A stretch of DNA of 63,463 nucleotides, filler included, from Octopus bimaculoides (Eukaryota): assembly GCF_001194135.2 (NCBI RefSeq). It is 3 parts of 3 records of this genome, joined end to end, with 100 filler letters (N's around TTAATTAATTAA, not from the genome) between each part and the next. Parts side by side here need not be neighbours in the genome. Positions count along the whole stretch, not along the records: positions 1 to 30,123 come from NC_068990.1; positions 30,224 to 61,421 come from NC_068996.1; 1 more part is not named here. One strand, given 5' to 3'. Shown here in pieces: positions 26,496 through 37,900 of the stretch. Made by a program: the position numbers and the translations under genes. Every line of letters begins with the position of its first letter. Position 1 is the first letter of the stretch. A model generated the notes under the pieces. That model saw only the letters and a list, made by a program, of their open reading frames with translations, was not told the DNA's origin and searched no databases.

Positions 26496-28737
26496 AATTT
26501 CTATAGTATAATTATATGAGAGGCCTTACAAATGTATCGGTCTTGTAGCGATCTGTTCATTGTAATGGCTGTACAGATATTAACCACAGACAAGACTTTC
26601 GCGCGCGTGCGTATGTGTGTGTGTGCGTACGTGCGTGTGCTTCTGTGTGTGTATGCGTATGCATGTGTTGGTGTGTGTGTGTGTATGTTTGTGTTCGTGT
26701 GTGTGTGTGTGGAGCAATAATGATTCATACTGAGAAATTTGTGAGAATAAAGGATTATAGAGGTTTAAAAATCACCTCACTTTATCATTTATACTTTCTG
26801 AAGGAAAAAGAGTGAAGAGAAAGCGAATGTGCTGATGACCTTTTAGAAGAAGTATAGGCAAATAATGTTACATACAAATTCATGGAAATATGTTAACCCC
26901 CTCTTTGCCAAAATGTACTTGGCATGAATTCTGGTAAATTCACAAAAAGAAGGTCAACCTTTTATGTAGTAATACGTTAGATTTATAAAAGGTCAAATTC
27001 TTGTTAAGATAATTCTTCTGCAGCTATCTCAGAAGAAACAAAAGATGACTTAGAAAATGTGTGTATGTATATGTATTTATAGACATAGATACAGAGAAAT
27101 AAAGAAAGAACAGAGGCAAAAATAAAGATGGAGAAAGATTTTCTATCAAGTAATGTTGAAAGTTAATATTTTTAGAATTTCTAAAGTTTTGCGTGTAACC
27201 AGCGTTTTAGGAAAGCAGATAAACTCTAAACTTACACATAGTCTCCTGTTTTTGTAACTTCGTTTCAATTCTTGATCGCAGCTATTTCACTTCAGATATT
27301 TAGCTCTTCCAAGTTCTATACTGCACCACCTACTGATATGTTGGCAATCGATCTTCCGATCGATCCAAGAAAACAGCGTTTTATTTGATTTTTCAAATTG
27401 CCGATGCTATGTATCGGTCACAGCTCCTGACAGAAATGTCACAGTAATTTCGGTAAGGGAACAGGATTTGAACTCACAACAAAAAGTATCCGAACAGATA
27501 CCACAAGGCATCATAAAGCCAATACTCCAACCGGGGCTGATTCTTGTTTTCGACCTTGAAATGATGAAAGATGAAGTTGACCTCCATACGATTTACACTC
27601 AAAGTGCAATAAATACCGCGCTGTATTCTACCCAACATTCAAACAGCTTTACCAATTTGCCGCTTCACCTTGTGGTAAGTTCATTCATCATTAGATTACT
27701 CGACTTGGCGAAGGGATTTCTGCGTTATCACTAGACATGCTACAAATAGTAATTAATAAATCAGACTCAATCGTTTTTGTTTTGTTTTTATATTTTGGCT
27801 TTTTTTTTTATTTCAAGAATACATTGGCTAATGTAGTCATAGGCACAATATATGTGAAATAAAGACCGGACTGTCAAGGCTGAAACTTCTTTGTTCTTGG
27901 GGTTTGCTCATCAGCAATATCGGCAGATATTTTTATTGTCTTTTGTTTGTCAGTGTTTCTCATAGAACAACTCTGCGTGGATTGGAAAAGGAGCCATCGT
28001 TGATAATAATTGCCATAGTTGGTAATGATTAAGATGATTTTAAACTTTATAATTTGTCCAATACCATGGTAATGACGTAAGGATGATATAGAAGCAAATT
28101 TTATATCAACTTCATAAAATACAAAACTGGGACAAAAAATACTCTAATTTTTATGTATTTATTTATTTGATGAAATGGTATTTGTCTGAGTTTGAGGACC
28201 ACAAGGAACCCTAAGCTTCGTGTGACTTCGGAAATTATAAGCTATACTTCTAACGCAGAGTTCTATTCCAACTTAGAGATATACATCTATGGGAGACAAA
28301 TGCAATTGAAAACATACAGAGACAGGAATATCTGGAATAATATGTAAAAGAATTGAAACAGTAAACGGTAAGGTCATTAGTCTAGAAATTGTAGAACTAC
28401 TTCGGTTACAATATACAATAGCTCAAAAATTTTAATCTTGTTAATGTTATTAATGCGCTTAAGAAAACCAATCACTCTAAGCAATATTAGGATTCCACCT
28501 ACCGAAGGCAATATGAAGGAGAGTTGAGCCAACGACGGAGCCGCTACCTTGTCACTAAGCACACTAGAAGTAGAAACCAAATCTCCATCAAATCAAACTC
28601 TACCGTCTTTAAAAATAAAAAACATATTGGATAATGTATTCCCAGAAACATTGTCGGAATAAAGCACAGGGTGACCGCAAATAGAACGTTTTAGTTCATA
28701 AATGTGTTTGATCATTATAAACCTGATGTTAAGCAAA

Positions 28738-29938
28738 AGATTTAACGAAGGCCTTTGATACTGTGAATAGGGCCTTGCTATGGAAAATACTTGGCAAACT
28801 TGGATGTTCGGATTACTTTGTAACTCTCTAAAATTAAATCATTTCATAATGGGATGGAGGCTTGAGTCAATGGTGGTGGTGGCATGGCGGGATCCTTTCC
28901 TGTAGAGAATGGCGTCAAGCAGGGAGACTCTCTTTTCTTTGTACTTTACTGCTGCTTTTACTCATGCTTTTGCTAAGGTTAGTTCTCGGGGAATATATGT
29001 CAGGTATCGATTTTCTGGCCACCTCTTTAATCTGCGCTGATTTGCTGCCAATTAAAAAGCTTTCCAGTCTCTTATTCGTGACCTCCTTTATGCAGATGAC
29101 TGCGACTTAGTCACTCATACAGTGGATGACATGCAAATACTTATGAATCATATTTCTGCTTCTTGCAAGGCATTTGGACTCAGCATTAGCCTGGGCAAGA
29201 TTGTTGTAATGTTCCAGCCTGCACCAGGAAATTCATATGTGAAACCAGCTATCTTGGTTGAAGGAACAATTCTGAAAATGGTTGGCAATTTTGTCTACCT
29301 GGGCAGCACACTCAGCCGTTCTCGCTCCCTGAATGATGAAATATCTTTCTGGCTACCTACCGATTCCTTCCGGTCTCTTGAGTCTCTTGAGTCTGGTCTC
29401 AGCATGGCATCGCAAGGCAAACAAAAATTGCTGTGTACCGTGCATATATACTGACATCACTCCTTTACTCATGTGAGACATGGGCCCTTTACAAACGTCA
29501 TGTAAGGATCCTTGAATGCTTTCATCAGAGATGTCTCAGACACATTCTGAATGTTGGCTAGAACTTAAAAACTCCAGGCACACAGGTCCTGAGGATAGCT
29601 GATATCTTGAGTATTGAGGCGATGGTGCACATGCACCGATTACATTGGACTGGACACCTTATAAGAATGAAGGATTGCAGGTTAAGGAGGGGACCGACAC
29701 TTTTGAGAGCACATATTCTGCATGAAGAACTTAAGCGTGCTGCGCGAAAGCGTACTACTGGTGTAGTGAATGGGGAAAGCTTGGTTTGCAATGTTTGCAA
29801 TCGTGTATGCTTGTCAAGAGCAGGGCTCATTAGCTACCAACGGAGACGCAAATGCAAAATATAAGTTAGTCCTAGAACTCAATATTCCTGAAGGTCAGCA
29901 ATGGTCTTCCTCGATCACGAGTGAACGGCCATCATCAT
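28738..29938 (+). mobile_element. RTE-clade LINE, RT to 3' end, degraded
   Basis: DLTKAFDTVNRALLWKILGKLGC..ENGVKQGD..DLLYADDCDLV..FVYLGSTLS..RLHWTGHLIRM..C2H2-like CNVCNRVCLSRAGLISYQR; tail GAACGGCCATCATCAT. Confidence 0.9.
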
Positions 29939-29970
29939 ATGTGCGTATGAATATATATATATATATATAT

Positions 29971-30123
29971 ATGGGAGAATATACAAAAAATAGCAACAGA
30001 CGAGGACAGGTGGTGTAAATAACAAAAGTATATATTAGTATGACGCTCGGGAATACGGAAAGTCTTTGACGTTTCGAGCTACGCTCTTCAACAGAAAGAA
30101 TACGGAGACAAGGAGAAAAACAC
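29971..30123 (-). mobile_element. Short Penelope-terminal-repeat-like element carrying a hammerhead fold (cut by gap)
   Basis: Contains the fold at 30063-30099 and abuts (TA)n. Family assignment is inference. Confidence 0.55.
30063..30099 (-). ncRNA. Minimal type I hammerhead ribozyme candidate (A6-to-U variant)
   Basis: UCUUU-CUGUUGA-A-GAG cguag CUC-GAAA-CG-UC|AAAGA: 5-bp stem I, 3-bp stem II, palindromic ACGU stem III, GUC cleavage triplet. Confidence 0.6.
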
Positions 30124-30223
30124 NNNNNNNNNNNNNNNNNNNNNNNNNNNNNNNNNNNNNNNNNNNNTTAATTAATTAANNNNNNNNNNNNNNNNNNNNN
30201 NNNNNNNNNNNNNNNNNNNNNNN
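30124..30223. other. Synthetic assembly spacer 44N-TTAATTAATTAA-44N
   Basis: Exactly 100 bp and identical to the spacer at 61422-61521; the 12-mer has stop codons in all six frames. Confidence 0.9.
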
Positions 30224-30336
30224 TATATATATATATATATATATGAATCAAACTGTAAGTTCCAATAAATTGTTAAGTGCCCTTCTTTCGTTTGTCCACG
30301 CACTCGTTATATATATATATAATATATACACATACA

Positions 30337-31462
30337 CTAGCAGAGATACCTGGCATTGCTTGAGATTAAAATGGCATAGTTTGTGTATATATATATTACA
30401 GTTATGTTGAAACATGATACGGGAAAGTGCAACATTGATGACAAAACATTTGTGAAGTAAATGATGGGCTAATTCAACTAAGTGACTTGTCATTTGTCCG
30501 TTTGGAGTATTCCAGGCCCTAACCTGTCATAGAAAACTGTTGGTGGAATGTGGGGGGTATGTGATTTTTGAATGCACTGGAAAGCCGTCAGTGGATATAC
30601 TCTCCTTTGTGGCAGTCGGCGCTGCCTGTAACATGGCCCATCATCTGAAGTTTTGACACCTTCTTTGGGTTTGTTGTCCTACATCAGTCATAAAGTAAAT
30701 TTGGAGGAATTGTGGTTGCTCATTTGTGGGTAACAGGGAACCAATGAGATGATAGACTTACCCTTGAATCTTGAACATTGATGTAAATCCATGTTCAGCT
30801 ATCTCCTTAGATGCACCAAAATGATGTCATTTGAAATGCAGAATGGTATTGTCTGATATTGTCCAGAAAATCCTTTGACTGGATGGAAGTGTCTTCCAGA
30901 AGATCTATAAGAGGTTGAGGAGGAGCTGGTAGTGCCAGTAGCACTTACCACATGAGCAGCACATGCCATTAGTTTCATTTGGAAATTTTAAAGCTTTGCA
31001 GAAATGACAATTTGAGCTTAGCACACAAATTTGGACAAAATTATCATTTTTATATGAATGGGATGGATCATATCTGAAAACAGCTCCAGGAGTTGTGAAG
31101 AACGAATTTGTACGTAGTCTGTTTCTGAGAGATATTCTATTGGATTGCTGTCTAATCATTAAAATTTTGTTTTAATGATTCAGCATTAAGTGCTACAGCA
31201 TGCGTTTGCTGATCTTGGGAAAGTCTCATCTCCCTTCTATATTGATACTCCATCTAATGTACTGCAGCATGCTTTGCTGATTTTGAGAAAGTCTCATCTC
31301 ACTTCTGTCTTGAGACTCCATTTGATGTGCTGCAACATGCATTTGTTGATCTTAGGAAAGTCTTATCTCCCTTCTCTCTTGAGACTCTTGCTTTTGGTTT
31401 TCTGCAATCCGCCTTGCTTTATACTTGTTTCTGGAGAGATTACGTCTTTTCTTTGGTGACAT
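30337..31462 (-). mobile_element. Internally deleted Helitron: RepHel N-terminus joined to a 3' end
   Basis: ATG at 31462 gives MSPKKRRNLSRN.., then 23-aa repeats, FRYDP..CKALKFPNETNGMCCSCGK, FLDNIRQYHSAFQMTSFGA..KIQG*VYHLIGSLLP..FLQIYF; degenerate hairpin plus CTAG at 30337-30340. Confidence 0.85.
31190..31390 (-). repeat. About 3 tandem ~69-bp (23-codon) units in the Helitron N-terminus (STPR-like)
   Basis: Units GTGCT(A/G)CA(G/A)CATGC..TTG.TGAT.TT.GGAAAGTCT.ATCTC.CTTCT..TTGA.ACTC; minus translation ESQE.RE.RLS.DQQ.H. Confidence 0.8.
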
Positions 31463-31504
31463 ATTTTTTTCAATATTATAAGCCAAAAATTATAAACATA
31501 GAAG

Positions 31505-31808
31505 AAATTACATTATTTACATTTGATGGATATTTGTCCTCATCTTGTTTGTTGTTAACACAATGTTTTGGCTGATATACCCACCAACCTTCATCAGGTG
31601 TCTTGGGGAAATTTCAAACCTGGGTTCTCATTCCTAAGGTATTTTTCAATGTCATTATTATTGTTATTATTATTATTATTATTATTATCATTATTATTAT
31701 TATTTTTATTATTAGTATTATTATTCAGATTACTGCCTGGAATCGAACTTGAAATCTTGGGGTTAGTAGCCCGTGCTCTTAACCACTATGCCATATGACT
31801 GTGGGCAT
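31505..31808 (-). mobile_element. tRNA-headed SINE (family E) with (AAT)n spacer and a 3' hammerhead fold
   Basis: A-box TGGCATAGTGG (31783-31793), B-box AGTTCGATTCC (31739-31749), (AAT)n at 31653-31725, hammerhead fold at 31557-31602. Confidence 0.8.
31557..31602 (-). ncRNA. Minimal type I hammerhead ribozyme fold, core mutated in this copy
   Basis: GACAC-CUGAUGA-A-GGUUG gugggua uau CAGCC-AAAA-CA-UU|GUGUU. GAAA-to-AAAA and CGUU-to-CAUU are both G-to-A changes at CpG sites. Confidence 0.65.
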
Positions 31809-32229
31809 AGAAGAAATTATAGAGTAATCTTAATATTGTAAGCAGTTGTATGTATGTAGTATGTCTTTAGTTTTGTATGCAGTATGAATTAACCAAATAG
31901 AAGCACATATATGAACTGCTAATTTCACAGCAAATTTGCAACTACTGCGATAATTGCAACTACTACAATAATTATTAACTATGAATTATTAATTATGAAC
32001 GGTAAATGTGTATTTTTATATACCTTGAACCTGCCAGGTCTTGTTTTTTGTCAAGATTTTCACCTCCAGTTATTTGTTATGTCAGTCAACACATACACTG
32101 ACACACCGTTCCACTGTTGTGGCCATAAAGATGGAAAGTTGCCGATGTGTAATGTTGTTCACATTAGGATATAATTAGAATTAAAAGTGAAGGTGAAACA
32201 TTATATCACATTACAATATAGATGTTATT

Positions 32230-32590
32230 CTTTTACATTTGATATGTAATACCAAAACAGTGCAAATATTGTATTGTTCTAATCCAAATGAAAAAAAAAA
32301 TTTTGATATTCATGGAGTCTGATACTATTACCATGGAAAAATTTGATTTCATCTGGTTGAGCCATTTGAAAATGGATTTGGAACAGACAGAGACACAAAG
32401 AATTTTCCCGAGTATAATCAGCCAAAATTGTGAAGATAATCTGGTACTCGACTGAGGAAAGAAAACTTTGAATGACCCATCCTTATTTTCTTTGCATCGT
32501 CTATCTGGATGTTTTGTTGTCCCATTTTTTGTATCACCTAACTGTCCGGATGTTTTGCGTTCTTGTCCCATTTTGTATTTTATATATATA
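32230..32590 (+). mobile_element. Possible degraded Penelope-like 3' end
   Basis: Weak LHLICNTK..NPN frame, then a decayed CTGAGGA..stem..GCATCGTC motif and tail TCTATCTGGATGTTTTG..GTCCCATTTTGTATTT. Confidence 0.3.
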
Positions 32591-32685
32591 TATATATTGT
32601 TGTACTTGGGGATGGTCACGCACTGTATATTTGGTGTTAATTTGCTTCAGCTTTATATTACATTATATTACATTAATCCTATTTC

Positions 32686-32730
32686 GGCCAGAGTTCTTTC
32701 GTCACACTTCTGTGACCTCATCAGTGGTCC
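32686..32730 (-). ncRNA. Minimal type I hammerhead ribozyme candidate with intact catalytic core
   Basis: GGACCA-CUGAUGA-G-GUCAC agaagu GUGAC-GAAA-GAAC-UC|UGGCC: perfect 5-bp stem II, near-palindromic AGAACU stem III, CUC triplet, stem I pairing ACC/UGG. Confidence 0.72.
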
Positions 32731-33108
32731 TTTGCTTTCTTCTTTCTTCTGTGTGTCTCACCTTGCTAACTATCAGCCATTTTGTATTTTGTATTCCTAT
32801 TGTATGTGTCTACGCATGCGTATCCTTCAATGTGTCTATGTTTTTGTAAGTGCATGTGTGTATGGGGAGTGTCTGTATCATCTATATCCTCTGTTAATAC
32901 ATGTTCGTTTGTTTTTGATTTTATTTATTTATTTGTTCATGTGTTTATATCTACTTTTTTTTTTTTGTATTTAATTAATTTTGTTAACATATGTAGTATT
33001 TAATTCCANNNNNNNNNNNNNNNNNNNNNNNNNNNNNNNNNNNNNNNNNNNNNNNNNNNNNNNNNNNNNNNNNNNNNNNNNNNNNNNNNNNNNNNNNNNN
33101 NNNNNNNN

Positions 33109-34945
33109 TTATCCTGTTCAGGCTATATTATTAGCATTATTCTGCGATTGAGAATTTTGTAGTTAAACGTGTTGACAGCTGCATTTGTAGGTGCAAGAAC
33201 AGGCCTGTTGCGAAGCCAATCTGGTTTTATGTATTCTGTTGTAAGATTTGGATAAATAGCAGAACATAAGTCATCAAAGCTGGAGACTGTGACCAATGGT
33301 AGTAGTGTCAATGTCGTCATACATAATTTGTCCATTGCCAGCATTTCCCAAAACTGGGTTTTAGGCTGACCAGTCTGTAGGCTTGATCTCATGTTGATAG
33401 TAAATTGTTTCAATTGAACATGCAACCAAAGGAGGGAGTTTTTAAGGGAGGTATTAAGTTCATCAGCGGGTGTTTCTTTGGGTATAATAAGCAGAATTTG
33501 TTGAAAATCTCCTGCAAGAAGTAGAGTTGCACCTCCAAGGATGTTGTTGTTCGATCTAAGGTCTCTCATTGTTATATCTAGTACTTGTAGGGAACATTTA
33601 CAGGACATAGTTGCTTCATCCAAAACAATGAGTTTGTACTTTTTCAAAATTGTCGCTTCATCCAAGGAATGCATTATGTAGCACATTGGGTTTTCTTGAT
33701 GTACTACATTGAAAGGCAATTTGAAGGTAGAGTGTGGTGTTTGTACACTGTTGAGAAGAGTTGAGGCTATTCCTGAGGAGGCCACAGCAATAGCAAGGTC
33801 ACCATTATGCCGCAACTTTGCAAGAAGAAGATTCAAGAGGAGTGCTTTTCCAGTTCCACCAGGGGTGTCTTAGAAAATGTTTCTGCCATTGTGTGTATAG
33901 ATGTTTTTGAGGACAAAATTATATACGTCAGCTTGATCAGAATTCAGAAGGGGGCTCATTGTCAGCTATGTACTGTTTAAGTTTGTGGATGTTTCTCTGA
34001 GAATGAGGTGATTGGACAGGCATCTTCATTTGTGTCTGGTGTGTTGAGAGAATAAGTGTCCAATCATTGATCTCCAATTGCCATAATCAAGTCTTCCAAG
34101 AGAAGAAGCCCTCTGTTGTAAATGACAGGAATAGTATGATGGTCAACACTACCTGTGATTTGGCGAATCTGCAGCAAAATGTCATGGCACATTGAGTCTT
34201 TGTATTTATTCCAAAGTGAATATGCCTCTGTCAGGTTGCAGAAAATCAGCATCATTGCAAAAAAGGTGTTGGAGCTTGTGCAGAGAATGACACAGAGAGG
34301 CCTCTTTGAGTGCCTTATTATATTGATCGTCTGTATCCAAAAGTTCCCATTTGGAGCAGTTGTCTTTGAAAGTGCCACATAAGTGGCTGTCCACTGTGCA
34401 AAGGTCGTCAAAGGAGGTTGATCCCTTAATGACATGAAGTAAGAGTCGTAGATGGAAGCAAGGGGTGAACTGTATAGATGTGTCCAATTGTGTTGCTTTT
34501 GGTACACAGATGGATCCAACTGCATAGGCTGGCTTTGTTTTCTTTGTTGCCACTGGGAAAATGATTGATTTCATGTATAATAATGTGGTACTCAGCATAC
34601 AAAATAGATATAAGGCTGTAAGAGTGGTCTTTGATGGAGCAACTGCTTGTTGAATGAGGTTGTCTTCTGTGAAGTAAATTCACTGCCTATTTTCAAGGTT
34701 CTCCATATGGCTTCAGTGGTGGATATGTAGCATCCAGTTTAGAAAAGAGTTACTTCATCATTTGTAAAATCTGTTGATCGTGTAGATTTTATTTGAAAAA
34801 TGGTTCTATCTGATTCTTTAGTAATGTACTTGCATATGTAATGTATGGATTTGATAGAATTACAGAATTCTATGTTGATGTGTGCATGAAATGTTTTGCA
34901 GAGCATCTTGTTGTGTGACCCACCAATTGTCAACCAAAAACGTGT
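33109..34945 (-). mobile_element. Helitron RepHel internal fragment (Rep C-terminal part plus PIF1-like SF1 helicase), pseudogenised
   Basis: HINIEFCNSIKSIHYICKYITK, RLLLHVIKGSTSFDDL, Walker A DTPGGTGK, AVASSGIASTLL, LIVLDEATM, LLLAGDFQQIL, VLAPTN. Confidence 0.93.
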
Positions 34946-34984
34946 AGTGAGGGATACAAATGTAAGGGAGACAATCAATTTCTG

Positions 34985-37900
34985 AATGTTACTTCACAAT
35001 TTTTCTTGTAATGTAACTGGTAGCTCACATATGATATTACACAAAACATTTTTAATTTCATTTTCCACTTGCAATGCAGCAATCATGGTGTCCTCAAACA
35101 GTTCAGTATTTTTCAAAATCAATCTTGATAAACAATCAGCATGTCCTAATTTCTTAAATGATATAAACTCCATCTTAAAATCATAGTTTAGTAATGTAGT
35201 ACTCCAGTATTGTAACCTATTAGCAGTATGGTTAGGGATTCCTTTCTTCAACTCAGATAATAATGGACAATAATCAGTTTGTAGTGGAAAATTACTACCG
35301 CGTAAAAATCTATGAAATTTTTTTTGCGGCAAAAGTAATCACTAGAGCCTCTCTTGCAATTTGGCTGTAATTTTTTTCTGCAGGTAGTAGCAAATGTGAG
35401 GCATGAACCACTGCCTTCATGTTAGCATCTTTACATTTATATAGCATTATTGCTCTGATACCATACTCAGAGACATCCAAAGCTCCTACAATCTCCACTG
35501 CAGGATCGAAATATGCTAAAGACAAATCTGATGCTAATATTTTTTTAATTTTATCGAACATCTTCTGACAATTTTCAAACTAATATCACTTTACATCTTT
35601 TTTCAGTAGATTATTATAGTGGAGCTCTTAACTTATGCATATTTGGTATATAAATTTGATAATAGTCTGCAAGTCCCCAAAAAGCTTGTAAGGTAGATAT
35701 ATTTGTTGGAGGGGGCATATTTTTAATCGCATCTGCCCTCAACAGATCTAGTTGATAACCATTTTCATCAATGATTTGTCCTAAATATTTAATTTGAGGT
35801 AAGAAAAATTCACACTTCTCAAAGTGAAGCCATAATCCCTTATTTTTTCAAACACATATTTTATGTATTTGACATGCTGATCTAGGATTCATTTTTAATA
35901 AATATATCATCTAGGCAAGCCATAGTGAAGTCACACTCTGCAAGCATCTTAACCATCACTTGTTGAAATATAGCTGGAGTAACTTTTATGCCAAACAGAA
36001 GCCAGTTAAACTTGTACAGACCTTTGTGTGCATTGATTGTTAGTAGCTTAGAACATTTATCTTGCACTTATATTTGTAAGCTGGCATCAGAAAGGTCTAA
36101 TTTTGAGAACAATTTACCACCATTTAGTTTCGAGAAAATTTTCTCTGGGTTAGGTAATGGGTAGTTATACTATTTTAAACAGTTGTTTAGCTCTGTCAAG
36201 AAATCTGCACAAACATGTATTTTATTGTTCTTCTTCTTAACATATACAATTGGATTCACCCAATCTGAGTAATCAATCTCTTCAATCACTCCCATTTTTT
36301 CTAGTCTATCTAATACTTTAGTTCTTTGTTCCAGTGCAGCAAATACATTATGTTTGGGTTTGAAAACTGGTAATGCATTTTCTTTCACCAGAAATTTGAC
36401 TTTGAATTTATTGCACCAATTCAACTTGTCTGAGAAAACATCAGGGAACAACCTTTACACTTCTTTTTTTTAATTTTCTGACTCTGTATTTGAACGAGTG
36501 CACAACCCCCATTACATTTTTACAAAAATTATTTATGGCTAAATCCCATAAGTTGAACAGGTCCATCTAGTCAGTAACAAAAAGGTTACTTATATTTTTT
36601 AATACATATGCTTTCACTTTTATAGTCTTTCTACAAAATATAATGCTACAAATAATTTTGTCTTTAAAAATTAATTTAATCCCTGACGCACCATGGACAA
36701 TTTTTGATGTTTTCCGTAGGGTAGGCTTCCTGATTTTTTTCCATGTATTTTCATTAATTGAAGTAATGTCACTACCTGTATCTATATTTTACATTTGTAT
36801 TATTAATTTTTACATACACAAATGTTGAGGCTCATTCGTATTCTTGTCACTGTTTACATGATTTTTTCTGTTGAACTGTTGTCTAGGTTTTGTTTTACAG
36901 TGTGATTTTTTATGACTATCTTACTAAACTTGAAGCATTTTTGATTTTTATGAGGACAGTCAAATCTGTAGTGTAATTCACCACATCCAAAACATGGGGC
37001 AATTTTCTGCTTTTCATTACTTACTTTCGATCACACCAATTGAATATGTGAGTTAACTTTTTGCTTTGCATTTCTTACTTTTGGTCATCCTGGTTGTATA
37101 TGAGAGCAGTTTCACTTCAATTTGTTCTGAATCATGTCTTAGGTTGATTATTCTCTGGCATTCCTCAGATATTTCTTGTAGTGTTAGCTTCTGATTCTGT
37201 TTTAATTTAGTTGGAATTCAGTTACAAATTACTGTGTCGTTCTTTGCTGTTAAACCTTGCATGAAAATTAAGCATTTAAACATATCTGATGTTAGTTCAT
37301 TAATTTTAAATTTCTTGCATTCCCTATTAACAATTCCAACACGTAATAAAATCTTTGTCCTCTTATTTTTGTAATATTCATGCATTGCCAGTGTGTATTA
37401 AATAAAACTGAAAATCTTTGAAAGTGTATTAACAGTTTCTTTAAAACAGACTTCCTCCGGTCTCTTTGGTAATATGTAGTTATAGTATTTTTCATGCTCA
37501 GCTGGGGCCAACTTCCTCAACAAAAGTTGGGTTTTGTTTCATCTTGCTTTAAAAATCTCCTCATACCTTCTGTAGTACACAGGAAATATAATATCCTCAT
37601 CTAAGTTATATGTGAATTCACTGATGGAGTTTGTGACCATATTAGGGGTGAACAATGTCAATATATTTTCTGTTTTGTTGAGTAGCAACTGTATTAGTAG
37701 TTTCTGTTGCTTTTGCAATTCCACCAACTGCTATCATTGCTGTTGTTGTTTCTGTAATTCAATTACTGATGCCAATAATTCTTCCATGTTGAAAACAACA
37801 ATCTATCCAGCCTGGGTTCAAATATCCTCATTGCTAATTGTGTTATGACATGGTTGGGGTGTGTGCAAGGGTGCAGGAATAGTATTACCCAAATAAATAT

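Noticed and set aside
32452-32500. CTGAGGA plus 7-bp AAGAAAA/TTTTCTT stem plus GCATCGTC
   Set aside because: GAAAC has two mismatches and stem I does not pair; at best a dead remnant.
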